A stretch of 64,000 bases of DNA from an uncultured Planctomycetota bacterium (lineage in GTDB: Bacteria; Planctomycetota; Planctomycetia; Isosphaerales; Isosphaeraceae), in assembly GCA_963823665.1 (NCBI GenBank), contig CAWGMQ010000008.1:1216001-1280000 (forward strand), written 5' to 3'. The translations under genes were made by a program, and so were the position numbers. The notes beneath the pieces were generated by a model, which did no database searches, was not told where the DNA came from, and saw only the letters and a list, made by a program, of their open reading frames with translations. Positions 52,315 through 63,556 of this stretch are shown here, piece after piece; position 1 is the first letter of the stretch, and every line of letters starts with the position of its first letter.

Positions 52315-54724
52315 CTACGGCTCGGGGACGAGCCCGGAGGGCCCGTTACCTTTCTCGAGCTTGAAGTCGAGGACAACCTCGTGCTCGCCCGGGATGATGG
52401 CCCGTGAAACGGACGGTCGATAACCGTCGGCCGTGATTTGAACGAAGAAGGCAATACCGGCCCAATCGTAGGTAAATGGTGCGACCTCGAAGCGGCCGTT
52501 CTGGGCAGGTTTTCCGCCGCGCTCGAAAATCGGGCCGTTATGCCCGCGCACGCCTGTGATCACTTTAAAGGCGGGTATGGGCTGCCCGCTCTTTGCATCG
52601 GTCACAGACCCTCGAATCCGGATCTCGGGATTGAGGGTGATCTTGATGGCGCCCGTCTGCGCGGCGGCCTGGCGCTCGCGCCATCAGGCACCCGGTCTTG
52701 GCGACGTGAAACTTAATTTCCCCCTCCGTCGGGGCGCTCAGCCAGAGGAATCGGCCCTCGCTGTCAGTCGTGGCTTTCCAGTCGAAGACGTGACACTCCT
52801 GCCATCGCGGCTCGACGTGAGCGCCGGCGACCGGCGTGCCCTGCGAATCGACCACTTGACCACTGAAAGGCCGCCCGGGAGCGAGCTCAAAGTCGAGCAC
52901 GGGAATGGCGTCGCCGGGCACGAGCATTTTCCAGGCCGGCGAGAAACCGACCGCTTCGACGCTCAGGCAGAACCGCCCCAGCGTGGGCTTGTCATCCGCG
53001 TGGGCGAACAGGAATCGCCCAGCCTGGTCAGTCTTGGTGCGGAGAAAGTCACCGGAGTTTGCCGAGTAGGCCAGAACAACCGTCGCGCCAGAAACGGCCT
53101 TCCCGTGAGCATCATGGGCTTGACCGGAAATTTGGACGCCGCTTCTCAGCATGAACGCTTCGGTCATGGCGCGGGCCGTCTTGAGAGTGAGCCGCCGCGA
53201 GTATCCTCGTGAGTCGCTGACGTGATCGGGATGTGAGACATAGAACCAAAGGCGCGTCGTTTGCTCTGCGTCCTCTGGCAAGGCCGAACAGCGCCACCGG
53301 CCATTTTCGTCGGTCTTGACGGCGATCGACGGAAAACCGGCATAGATCGACCTATTGTCTCCCTGCGGAAGGTCGATGTCGGGTTCCACGGTCTTCCTCC
53401 GATCGAGTGCGACCTCCACAAGGGCGCCGGCGACTGGCCGGCCTTCTTCATCCCTCACGAATCCGCCGATTGGAGACCCGGGCTCGAGCTGGCGCAGCCA
53501 TGTCGCAGGTAGAACCTGCCTCAACTCGCCTTGCGGCCAGGAATCGGCGATCGGCACGAAACCGTCCTTACCGGCGAAAATGGTCACTATCGCAACGCCC
53601 TGCGGAAGGTCGAACTTGCATGAGCCCTGAGCGTCAGTCGGGCCTTTCTGCTCCTGCCGCGTGCCATCGCGCAAGATCGAGACTTCGACCGCCGCGCCGA
53701 CGATTGGCTGTTTGGAGGAGCGGCTTACCAAGCGCACTTCGAGGTGCTGCAAACCGGATTTTTCAGCCGTCTGGGTGCGCTCGCTCACAGGCGCTGCCGC
53801 TGCCGCTTGCTTTTGTTGTTCGGCGAGGGTTGCGGAGATGCCCGCACGGACCAGGCCGAGGATGACCAATCCCGCGGCGATTGTAAGGAAAGCCATCGCC
53901 AGAGACGCGGCTCCAGACACGGTCATGGCGCGGGTGACGCTTTGCGCGAGCGCGACGGCGGAGGCTGAGATCACCGTGGTGGCCGAAGGCGCCGCTCGAC
54001 CGGCCAGAAGCGTGGCCATTCCGGCCCTGGTCGTGGACTCAAGAAGGGCTGGCGGAACAACTGGCGGGAGAGCTTGCTCGAGCGCCGGGCCAGCCAGAGG
54101 AAGAACGGCTGGGGCGACTCCGCGGCGGATCAGGCGCTTGCGGAGGGCGGCGCGGGCGCGGGCGAGCCGGCCTCGCACGGCGTCCTCGCTCCAGCCGAGT
54201 CGCTGCGCCGCGCTGCGTTGCGACTCGCCTTCCAGGTCGACGAGCACGATGACGGATCGCTGGGCGGCGGGGAGCTGCGCGATTTCCTGATCGACCACGG
54301 CGCATTGCTCATTCCTGGCGACGAAGCAATCGGGCGCCTCGGCCACTGTGCCGCATTCCGGCTTTGCCGCGGATTGCTCGAGCGCTCGCCGCCGGGCCGC
54401 GTCGGAGCGGGCACGCGCGGCAACTCGATAGGCAACGCCATGAAGCCAGGGGCCCAGTCGATGCCGATCACCGAGTGTTCTGGCCCTCTGTACCAGGACC
54501 AGGAACGTCGCCTGGAACGCGTCGTCGACGTCATGCGGGCTGACGAGCAGGCGGCGGCAAACGCCCAGAACCATCGGCCCATGCCGTTCGACGAGTGCCT
54601 CGAGCGCCGGCTCTTCACGGCTGGAGACGACTCGCGAGAGCAAGGCGTTCTCATCCAGCCCGAGGGTTGTGCCTTCCTCAAAAAGCCGGTCGATTTCTCG
54701 GACGTAGCGATGGTCGCTCGGCAT
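52315..54724 (-). CDS. ECF sigma factor with TM segment and carboxypeptidase-regulatory-like repeats; frameshift ~52675
   Basis: RHGPMVLGVCRR...DAFQATFLVL; repeated GxVxDxxGxPVxGAxV...TDxxGR units. Confidence 0.85.
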
Positions 54725-54925
54725 GTGGTCATCCCCGTGGCAGGCCGCGTAAGCTGGTTCTGTCATACATACTGCACGAAATCGCGCGGACCGCACGAGG
54801 GAGCGAGCGTTTTTTTGGGGAATCGCGCGCCGCGGCCTCCCTTCAGCTCGCCCCATTGACCGCGAACCGTTGCCCGGTCTAGAATTGTCTGTGTGGGAAC
54901 GCACTGTGTGCGTGGGGGTTGTGTC

Positions 54926-55003
54926 ATGCGATTGTCGGCGGCGAGCCTTCGGCTACACCTTAACCTTCTTGCCCTTATTATCGGGGCGGGGAGGGCTTCT
55001 TAG
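54926..55003 (+). CDS. Leucine-rich leader peptide (25 aa)
   Basis: MRLSAASLRLHLNLLALIIGAGRAS*; 7 Leu codons (TTG, CTA, 5x CTT). Confidence 0.75.
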   Translation: MRLSAASLRLHLNLLALIIGAGRAS

Positions 55004-55040
55004 GGTTCGTCGACTGCTTGCTCCAATGCGAAACAACGAC

Positions 55041-55081
55041 GCCCCGAGAGCCGCCCGCAGGTGGATCTCGGGGCTTTTTTT
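55041..55081 (+). terminator. Attenuator terminator upstream of leuA
   Basis: GCCCCGAGA...TCTCGGGGC stem plus T7; antiterminator TCGGGGCG (54981-54988) pairs with 55040-55047. Confidence 0.85.
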
Positions 55082-55174
55082 CGGCCTCGGCCTCCGGCGG
55101 ACTGGCCGCCAGTCGGTTCCGGCCATGCGTGACGTGTGACCCGACCAGCAACATTCTGAGGAAAGGGCCGATTC

Positions 55175-56794
55175 ATGAGCGAAGCGAACACGACCGAGTC
55201 ATCGCCGGCTTCACCGGCCTACCCGTCCGATTCGAACCGGGTGAAGATCTTCGATACCACGCTGCGTGACGGCGAACAATCGCCGGGCGCGAGCATGGTG
55301 ATGGCCGAGAAGATTGAAGTTGCCCGGGCGCTGGCGGCGCTCGGCGTGGATGTGATCGAAGCGGGGTTTCCGATCGCCTCAGTCGGCGACTTCGAGGCCG
55401 TGCGGGCCATCGCGGCGGAAGTCACCGGCTCGTCGGTCTGTGGACTGGCGCGGTGCAACGATCGCGATATCGACCGTGCCTGGGAAGCCATCCAGTACGC
55501 TCAGAAACCGCGGATTCACGTCTTTCTCGCCACGTCGGCGATTCACCGCGAGCACAAGCTGCGAATGAGCAAAACGCAGATCATCGAGAAGGCGGTCGCC
55601 AGCGTGCGCCGGGCCAAGGGATATTGCCCCGACATCGAATTCAGCCCCGAGGACTCAGCCCGTACCGAGATTGACTTTCTTTGCGAAGTGGTCGAAGCGG
55701 CGATCGAAGCCGGGGCCACGACTGTGAACATTCCGGACACCGTCGGTTACGCCACGCCGATGCAGTATGGCAACCTGATCCGCACTTTGAAACAGCGCGT
55801 GACAAACATCGACCGTGCGGTCATCAGCACTCACTGCCACGACGACCTGGGCCTGGCGGTGGCCAACAGCCTGGCTGGGTGTGAGGCAGGCGCGCGCCAG
55901 GTGGAGTGTACGATCAACGGCATCGGCGAGCGGGCCGGGAATGCGGCGCTCGAGGAAGTCGTGATGGCGCTGGCGACTCGCTTTGACTACTACGGACTGA
56001 CGACCGGCATCAAGACCGAGCGGCTCTATCCGATGAGCCGGATGCTTTCGGCCGTGACCGGGCTGGCCGTGCAGCGGAACAAGGCGATCGTGGGTCGAAA
56101 TGCGTTTGCGCACGAGTCGGGCATCCATCAAGACGGGATGCTCAAGGAGCGGTCGACGTATGAGATCATGCGGCCGGAAGACGTCGGTGTGCCGCGCACC
56201 GACCTGGTGCTGGGGAAGCATTCCGGCCGGCATGCGCTACGCGATCGCGTCTCGGAGATGGGATACACCTTGACCGACGAGATGTTCGAGAACGTGTTTA
56301 ACGACTTCAAGGCGCTCGCCGACAAGAAGAAGGAGATCTACGACGAAGACCTGGTGGTGCTGATCGAGAACCACCTCGAGACGACGCCGGCGCACTGGCA
56401 GCTTGTTGGCTTGCACACGACGGCGGGCCTCTCCGTTCTGCCGACGGCGACGGTGGCGATTCGACGGCCCGACGGCGAGATCGTTCAGGACGCCGCGATT
56501 GGCGACGGCCCGGTCGATGCAATTTTCAAGGCAGTCGAGCGGGTGACGGGCGTGCGTGCGAACCTGAAAGAGTTCGTCGTTCGCAGCGTTTCGCAGGGCA
56601 AAGATGCGCAGGGCGAGGTGACGCTCGAGCTGGAAGTGGAGAGCAACGACCGCGCGTTCCGCGGACGGGCGGCATCGACGGACATTATCGAGGCGTCGGC
56701 ACAGGCTTATATCAACGCCGTCAATGCAATTGCGACGCACCGGGAGCGGGGGCTGGTGCGCGAGGTGGTGGGGAGACCGGGGGCGGGGGCGTGA
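55175..56794 (+). CDS. leuA: 2-isopropylmalate synthase
   Basis: [40 protein letters not shown]. Confidence 0.97.
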   Translation: MSEANTTESSPASPAYPSDSNRVKIFDTTLRDGEQSPGASMVMAEKIEVARALAALGVDVIEAGFPIASVGDFEAVRAIAAEVTGSSVCGLARCNDRDIDRAWEAIQYAQKPRIHVFLATSAIHREHKLRMSKTQIIEKAVASVRRAKGYCPDIEFSPEDSARTEIDFLCEVVEAAIEAGATTVNIPDTVGYATPMQYGNLIRTLKQRVTNIDRAVISTHCHDDLGLAVANSLAGCEAGARQVECTINGIGERAGNAALEEVVMALATRFDYYGLTTGIKTERLYPMSRMLSAVTGLAVQRNKAIVGRNAFAHESGIHQDGMLKERSTYEIMRPEDVGVPRTDLVLGKHSGRHALRDRVSEMGYTLTDEMFENVFNDFKALADKKKEIYDEDLVVLIENHLETTPAHWQLVGLHTTAGLSVLPTATVAIRRPDGEIVQDAAIGDGPVDAIFKAVERVTGVRANLKEFVVRSVSQGKDAQGEVTLELEVESNDRAFRGRAASTDIIEASAQAYINAVNAIATHRERGLVREVVGRPGAGA

Positions 56795-56888
56795 GGAATG
56801 CTGCCGTTGAATCGCCCCGGGCACCAGAAGTAGACTGGTATCGAGGATTTGAACGAACGGAACACGACGGCGGTTGGTGCATTCGGCC

Positions 56889-57194
56889 ATGAGTGATGTT
56901 GATACGCTCCCCGCGCCTGATTTTGCTCGCAAGCAGGGCGCGTACCCCGCATGGGAAGAGGAACGTCGCGCGTTCCTCCGTCTCCTGCCGACGCTGTTTC
57001 CGACCTACGCCGGCAAGTACGTCGCGATTCACCACGCATCCGTTATCGCGGAGGGTTGGGATCAGATCGATGTCGCAAAGCAAGCTTACGCTCGAGCGGG
57101 ATACGTTCCGATCTATGTCGGCTTGGTGACCAGCGAACCGCCTGAGCCAGTCCGATTGCCATCTCCGAGGCTGCTGCCTCGCGGGCAGCACTGA
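56889..57194 (+). CDS. DUF5678-like small protein
   Basis: WEEERRAFLRLLPTL...YAGKYVAIH...PIYVGLV. Confidence 0.7.
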   Translation: MSDVDTLPAPDFARKQGAYPAWEEERRAFLRLLPTLFPTYAGKYVAIHHASVIAEGWDQIDVAKQAYARAGYVPIYVGLVTSEPPEPVRLPSPRLLPRGQH

Positions 57195-57577
57195 TGGTCC
57201 GGTACGCGTACAATCGGCAGGTGACGCCACCAGCGCCTTTCGTTCATGTTTCGGTGCGAGCACCGTATGATGGATCCGCCGGAGTCGAGATTCCTGGCCA
57301 ACTCGATATAGGCGCTGATGTGGCGGTGATCCCCAGCAGCCTGATCGACGCGCTCAAACTCATGCCGCTCGACTCGATCTTGGCTGTCGGATTCGGCGGA
57401 CAAGTCCTCACAGTCCCAACTTACTTGGTCGAACTATGCATCCGGGGTTTGAGTCCAGTCACCATCAAGGTGATCGCAAGCCCCGATGAGGAGCGTTACG
57501 CGCTGCTCGGTAGAGATTTACTCAATCGGTTCAGGATCTCTCTCGATGGACCAAATCTCGCTGTCGAGCTGTCCTGA
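57194..57577 (+). CDS. Retropepsin-like (clan AA) aspartic protease
   Basis: PPAP...LDIGAD...IP; ALLGRDLLN. Confidence 0.78.
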   Translation: MVRYAYNRQVTPPAPFVHVSVRAPYDGSAGVEIPGQLDIGADVAVIPSSLIDALKLMPLDSILAVGFGGQVLTVPTYLVELCIRGLSPVTIKVIASPDEERYALLGRDLLNRFRISLDGPNLAVELS

Positions 57578-57616
57578 AGCACTGCGATTCTTCAGATCGC
57601 GCTGAGGGAGCTGAAA

Positions 57617-58276
57617 GTGCTTCCAACCGAGCTTTACGTTGAACAAGCGAGACACTGGCCGAAAGAAGGCCGGCACATCCTCGCACATTACGAAGACGAA
57701 AGCATCATCGTGTATCAGGCGTATCGCCCTGCCATCGGCAGCTTCGCGGCCAAACACGGCAAGTTCGGCGGGGAGTTCAGTTACTCGCGGATGAGCTGGG
57801 TGAAGCCGAACTTCCTGTGGATGATGTATCGGTCCGGCTGGGGCACCAAGGAGGGTCAAGAAATTACGTTGGCGCTTCGCCTGAGCAGGCGGTTCTTCGA
57901 GTCTCTACTGGCTCAAGCCATTCGATCCTCATGGGACCGAAGCATGTTCGCCACGGAAGAGCTATGGTCACAGGCCGTGGACCGATCATCGGTCCGTATG
58001 CAGTGGGACCCTGACCACGACCCAGCGGGGACAGCGCTCGAGCGGCGGGCGATCCAACTGGGGTTGCGTCGGGAAGTGCTCGAGGCGTTCGGTCAGCGCG
58101 AATTGTTGGAGGTCATCGATCTGTCGGAGTTCGTGGCCGAGCAACGGGCGCGGTTGTCATCTGTGGGCGTCAGCGCGCTCGCGCCACCGCGCGAGCGAGT
58201 GTATCTGCCGAATGATCCGGCAGTGGTCGCTCGGCTCAGACTCGATGTCCCCGCATCAGAATCCCGGCGCATGTGA
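57617..58276 (+). CDS. DUF4291-family protein
   Basis: IIVYQAY, RMSWVKPNFLWMMYRSGWG, QWDPDH, RRAIQLGL. Confidence 0.85.
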   Translation: MLPTELYVEQARHWPKEGRHILAHYEDESIIVYQAYRPAIGSFAAKHGKFGGEFSYSRMSWVKPNFLWMMYRSGWGTKEGQEITLALRLSRRFFESLLAQAIRSSWDRSMFATEELWSQAVDRSSVRMQWDPDHDPAGTALERRAIQLGLRREVLEAFGQRELLEVIDLSEFVAEQRARLSSVGVSALAPPRERVYLPNDPAVVARLRLDVPASESRRM

Positions 58277-58396
58277 CCGGATCTCGCGCACGCCCTGCAC
58301 GATGCTCATTCGCTTTTGCTTGACGACGCGGCTTGACGGGGGCACCGACGTATCACGACAATAACAAACGAACCGTCCTGTTTTGTGAGAAGACCA

Positions 58397-59023
58397 ATGA
58401 AAGCCGTCACGCAGCCGCGAGCATTCGAGACACGGAAGAAGATCCTCCGGGCGGCGGCCCGCCTGTTTGCCCTGAAGGGATATCACGACTCCAAGCTGGA
58501 GGAGGTCCTGGACACCGCCCAGGTGTCCAAGGGCGCGTTCTTCCACCAATTCCGCGACCGGGAGGATCTGGGTTTCGCGGTTCTGGACTGGCACATGGAG
58601 CAGCGCCGACGACTGCTCGACGCCATCGAGGGAGAATTTCCGCTCGCCAAGCAGGCTGATCCGCTTCAGAAAGTCTTTCGGCGGCTGGATGCTATCCAGG
58701 AAATGGTCCGGCGCCGGGAGGGCCGCAAGGGGGGCTGCATCATCGGCAACATGAGCACGGCTCTCAGTGATTGCCACGACAGTTTCCGGAAACGACTGGC
58801 CGAGTGTTTCGACGAAATGGCGAACGAGTTCCTCCCCCACTTGCAGGAAGCGGCACGGCAGGCACGCGTGAGGAGGCGCACGAACACCACCGAGCTGGCA
58901 CGGTATATCATCACCGTCGTCGAGGGGGCGATCATGCAGGCGCGCACGCTCGGCGACGCTGAGCTTATCCCCCGTCAGTTGGCGTATCTGAAAGAACACT
59001 TGAAGAAATGTCTTGAGGCGTGA
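58397..59023 (+). CDS. TetR-family regulator
   Basis: ILRAAARLF...VSKGAFFHQF; GGCIIGN. Confidence 0.9.
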   Translation: MKAVTQPRAFETRKKILRAAARLFALKGYHDSKLEEVLDTAQVSKGAFFHQFRDREDLGFAVLDWHMEQRRRLLDAIEGEFPLAKQADPLQKVFRRLDAIQEMVRRREGRKGGCIIGNMSTALSDCHDSFRKRLAECFDEMANEFLPHLQEAARQARVRRRTNTTELARYIITVVEGAIMQARTLGDAELIPRQLAYLKEHLKKCLEA

Positions 59024-59192
59024 AACCTGGCGGTTCTGGTGGGGTATTAGCAGACAGACTGGTTGGTTTGTTTTTTCCAAACAGACACCCGTGACCTGCA
59101 GTGTGTCGCCGTTTCCGTCTTAGTGGATCAGGCATTCCTTGGTCGAGGCTGTCACGCCGGACGAGCGGCATGAGGAGAACGTGGAGAAACCG

Positions 59193-60642
59193 ATGCACCG
59201 CGAGCAACCACGATGGGAAGACGGCTTTCTGACGCGCCGGAACTTACTCTGTCGCGGTGGTATGGGCATGGGTGCGCTTGCACTGGCAGGTATCATGGGG
59301 GATGCGCTCGGGAGAGCGACGTGCTCGGCGAGCAGCGTCGACTCGCCGCTTCAGCCGAAGCAACCACACTTTGCCGCCAAGGCCAAGCGGGTGATTCACC
59401 TGTTCCTGAACGGCGGTCCGTCCCACGTCGATACCTTCGACCACAAACCGGCCCTCGAGCAATACCACGGCCAGGAACTCCCTAAAAGCATGCATCTGGT
59501 AACCGAACGGCGAACCGGCACCGTTATGAGGTCGCCCTTCAAGTTCCAGCGCTACGGTCAGAGCGGGATCGAAGTCAGTGAGATTTTTTCGCACATCGGG
59601 GAGTGCATCGACGACATCGCAGTGATCCGTTCCATGCAGGCGGACGTGCCAAACCATATACCGTCGATCCTGCTGATGAACTGCGGGGACGGGCGGTTGG
59701 TGCGGCCCAGTCTCGGGTCGTGGGTGACGTATGGTCTGGGTAGTGAGAACCAAAACCTACCCGGGTTTGTCGCCATGCGTCCCGGCGGATACCCGAACAA
59801 CGGCGGTGCCCAGAACTTTCGGGCGGGATTTCTGCCGGGCGCTTACCAGGGAACCTATATCGACACCCAGCATACGGCCATCGAAAGACTGATCGAGAAC
59901 ACCACCAACCGTCGTGTCTCAAACGCGGACCAGCGCCGGCAACTCGAACTACTACGGGAACTCAATGAAAGACACCGCAAGGAGCGCGACAAGAACGCGC
60001 AGATCGAGGCCCGCATCCAGTCCTTCGAGCTGGGCTCGCGCATGCAACTGGAAGCTGCGGAGGCGTTCGACATCAGTCGGGAACCCGAGTCGATCCGCCG
60101 AATGTACGGGTCAGGCACCGACGCCCGGACGATCCTGATCGCGCCGACTGGTGGAGCGTGGAGTCCGCTTCGTGCAGGCCTGGATCGGCAGCGATTGGGA
60201 CCACCACCAGAACCTGGAAGAAGGCCACCGCAATCTGGCCAGGCAGTGCGATCGGGCGATCGGCGCTTTACTGAAGGACCTTAAACAGCGGGGCATGCTT
60301 GACGACACCCTGGTCATCTGGGGAGGGGAATTCGGCCGCACCCCGACCGTGGAATTGCCGATGGGACTGCCCAACAACTTGAGGGGCAAGGGCCGCGACC
60401 ACAACCATCACGGTTTCACGATGTGGCTGGCGGGCGGCGGCGTCAAGGGCGGGTACGTACACGGCGCCACTGACGAATTCGGCTTCCGGGCGGTCGAGCA
60501 GAAGGTCCATGTACACGACCTGCACGCCACGATTCTGCACTTGCTCGGTTTTGATCACACCAGGCTGACGTACCGCCACGCCAGCCGGGATTTTCGCCTC
60601 ACCGACGTGTACGGTGAAGTGGTGAACGAACTGATTGCCTGA
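59193..60642 (+). CDS. DUF1501 protein with Tat-like signal; frameshift ~60145
   Basis: [42 protein letters not shown]. Confidence 0.9.
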
Positions 60643-60691
60643 CATCCCGGCGACGGCGGCGAGGGGCCCGCTGGATATTCCGAGGTTAAGG

Positions 60692-63529
60692 ATGAATCCC
60701 GTGCGAAGATCCTTCCTGAGCAACGCGAGCCGACTGTTGCTGGCGCTTTTGTTGGTTGCCGGTACGTCTCCCATGCTCCGCGCCGCTCCTGTTGACGCTA
60801 GCGATGCCAAGGGCGCTCAGTTCTTCGAAAAGAAGATTCGCCCGATACTGGCAAACACGTGTTATCAGTGCCACAGCCGCCAAAGCAAGAAGGTAAAGGG
60901 AGGACTGCTACTCGACAGCCACGAGGGGCTGCTCAAAGGAGGCGATTCCGGCCCAGTTTTTGTGACCGGCGATCCCGAGAAAAGTCTCCTGATCAAGGCC
61001 GTGCGATACAAGGATGAAGACCTGCGCATGCCGCCGGACGGCAAGAAGCTGACCGGGGACCAGGTTGCCGATCTCGAAGCTTGGGTGAAGATGGAAGCGC
61101 CTCTACCGCGAGCGGGCGCCCAGGAAGACAAGATCACTTCGAGTGCGCGCACGCATTGGGCCTTCCAACCGGTGAAGCGACCTGCCGTTCCCGCGGTCAA
61201 GAACGAGCGCTGGGTGCAATCACCGGTTGATGCGTTTATCCTGGCCAAGCTTGAAGCCACTGGAACGCAGCCGGCGCAAGCTGCGGACAAACGAACATTG
61301 ATTCGGCGGGCTACTTATGACTTGATCGGTTTGCCGCCGACACCCGAGGAGGTAGCGGCCTTCGTGGCGGACGAATCCTCGGACGCGTTCGCAACCGTCG
61401 TGGATCGTTTGCTCGCCTCGCGGCATTACGGCGAACGCTGGGGCCGTCACTGGCTGGATGTGGCCCGATACGCCAGTACCGACAGTCCCTATGCCTTTAC
61501 CTATCGCGATTACGTGATTCGCGCGTTCAATGACGATCTGCCTTACGATGAATTCCTTCTTCAACAACTTGCCGCGGATCAGCTTGAACTTGGCGAGAAC
61601 AAACAAGCGCTCGCCGCGCTTGGGTTCCTGACCTGCGGCCGGCAGTTCGAGAACAACGTCCACGACACGATTGACGACCGGATTGATGCGGTTTCGCGGG
61701 GGATGATGGCGCTTTCCGTGAGCTGCGCTCGCTGCCACGACCACAAATATGATCCGATTCCCACCCGCGATTATTACGCGCTGCACGGTGTGTTCGCCAG
61801 CTCCGTGGAGCCGGAGGAGATGCCCACCCTCGGCATTGCTCCCGATCCGAAAGCGTATGCGGATTATCTGTCGAAGCGCAAGCCGATGCAGTCGCGGTGG
61901 GACAACTTCATTCGCAAGCAAGAGGCGGAGGTACTCAAGCAGCACCGCAAGCAGACAGCCCAGTACCTGTTGCTCTCCCGGGAACCGGCCAAGCTGGCCG
62001 AGCTCGCCGGCGAGGATTTCGGGTTGAGCGACCGGAAAATACTGCGGACCGGCGCCGCGCGCTGGGTGACGGCGCTGGAAAGACTGAACCCGGAATCCGA
62101 TCCGATCTTCGCTCCCTGGTTCGCGTTTGCGGCGCTGCCGACCTCAGAATTCGCCGACCGCGCGAAGGTATTGTCGGCCAGAATCGCGGCGACTTCTCCG
62201 GGGCGGCCCCTGAACACCCTGGTGGTCCGGGCCTTTGCGGACGAACCACCGACCTCCTTGAAAGACGTCGCGCAGCGGTACGGCAAATTGTTCGAAGACG
62301 CCGACAAACGATGGCAAGAAACGCTGCACAGCGACGCCGCAAGCCGGGCACTGCTCGAACCCGACCAGGAAGCGCTACGCCAGGTGTTCTACGGCGCGGG
62401 CAGCCCTGGAAACTTACCGGCCGAGTTGATCCGGAGCCTATATAACGTACCGGCGCTCATGCAGATTTTGCCGCTCCGTGCAGAACTAACGCGCCTTGAC
62501 GCCAGTCATCCAGGCGCTCCCCAGCGTGCCATGGTGCTTGTGGACAGTCCGCAGCCGAAGAACAGCCGAGTCTTCATCCGTGGGAACCCGAATCGTCTGG
62601 GTGACGAGGTTCCCCGCCAGTTTCTCGCGATCCTGGCGGGGGACAAACGAAAGCCGTTCACCCGTGGCAGCGGTCGACTTGAGCTGGCCAGAGCCATCGC
62701 CAGCCGGGAGAATCCCCTTACAGCCCGGGTGATGGTCAACCGCCTCTGGCTCCATCATTTTGGCGCCGGTCTGGTGACTACTGCCGACGATTTTGGGTTG
62801 CGCTGCGACCCACCGAGCCATCCCGAATTGCTGGACTACCTCGCTTGGCGGTTCATGCAAGACGGCTGGTCGCTGAAGAAACTGCACCGTTTGTTGATGC
62901 TCTCCAGCGTCTACCAACAAAAGAGCGATGATGACCTTCGTGATGAGAAGCTCGATCCGGACAACCGGCTGCTGGCGAAAGCGAACGTCCGTCGGCTCGA
63001 CTTCGAATCGATGCGGGATACGCTGCTGTTTGTCGCGGGCGATCTTGACCCTTCCTTCGGGGGTCGTCCGGTCGATCTGCTCAAGCGCGGGACAGCGAGC
63101 CAGCAACCTTACTCCAATCGCCGCACGGTCTATGGAGTCATCGATCGCAATGACTTGCTTGCTTTGTTCCGCACCTTCGATTTTGCCAACCCGGATATTA
63201 CCACGGCCCAGCGTGACGCCACCACCGTGCCGCAACAATCGCTCTTTTTTCTGAACAGTCCATTCGTCATGGAACAAGCTTCCAAGCTGGTTAACCGGCC
63301 AGCCTTGCAACGGCTCGATGACGAAACGAAGCGGATTCGCCGCCTTTACCAACTTGTCTATCAACGCGAACCAAAGGCGGACGAAATCCAACTGGGACTT
63401 CGTTTCCTCGAGGCCAAGTCGGCTTCGACGGACTTCAAGGAGCAGACCCATGCGCAGCGGCCGCTTGAGCCCTGGGAACGCTATTGCCAGGTTCTGCTGA
63501 TGTCGAATGAACTGATGTTTGTGGATTAA
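60692..63529 (+). CDS. Planctomycete cytochrome c / DUF1549 / DUF1553 (PSD1) protein
   Basis: CYQCH, HWAF, YGERWGRHWLD, CARCHDHKYDP, PSHPELLD. Confidence 0.93.
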   Translation: MNPVRRSFLSNASRLLLALLLVAGTSPMLRAAPVDASDAKGAQFFEKKIRPILANTCYQCHSRQSKKVKGGLLLDSHEGLLKGGDSGPVFVTGDPEKSLLIKAVRYKDEDLRMPPDGKKLTGDQVADLEAWVKMEAPLPRAGAQEDKITSSARTHWAFQPVKRPAVPAVKNERWVQSPVDAFILAKLEATGTQPAQAADKRTLIRRATYDLIGLPPTPEEVAAFVADESSDAFATVVDRLLASRHYGERWGRHWLDVARYASTDSPYAFTYRDYVIRAFNDDLPYDEFLLQQLAADQLELGENKQALAALGFLTCGRQFENNVHDTIDDRIDAVSRGMMALSVSCARCHDHKYDPIPTRDYYALHGVFASSVEPEEMPTLGIAPDPKAYADYLSKRKPMQSRWDNFIRKQEAEVLKQHRKQTAQYLLLSREPAKLAELAGEDFGLSDRKILRTGAARWVTALERLNPESDPIFAPWFAFAALPTSEFADRAKVLSARIAATSPGRPLNTLVVRAFADEPPTSLKDVAQRYGKLFEDADKRWQETLHSDAASRALLEPDQEALRQVFYGAGSPGNLPAELIRSLYNVPALMQILPLRAELTRLDASHPGAPQRAMVLVDSPQPKNSRVFIRGNPNRLGDEVPRQFLAILAGDKRKPFTRGSGRLELARAIASRENPLTARVMVNRLWLHHFGAGLVTTADDFGLRCDPPSHPELLDYLAWRFMQDGWSLKKLHRLLMLSSVYQQKSDDDLRDEKLDPDNRLLAKANVRRLDFESMRDTLLFVAGDLDPSFGGRPVDLLKRGTASQQPYSNRRTVYGVIDRNDLLALFRTFDFANPDITTAQRDATTVPQQSLFFLNSPFVMEQASKLVNRPALQRLDDETKRIRRLYQLVYQREPKADEIQLGLRFLEAKSASTDFKEQTHAQRPLEPWERYCQVLLMSNELMFVD

Positions 63530-63556
63530 CCGACCCTCGCGAAGGGAGAGAAAGCC

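Noticed and set aside
59061..59075. Possible second target of the crRNA-like spacer (GTTGGTTTGTT)
   Set aside because: Mismatches at positions 7 and 9; more likely part of a TetR operator-like palindrome
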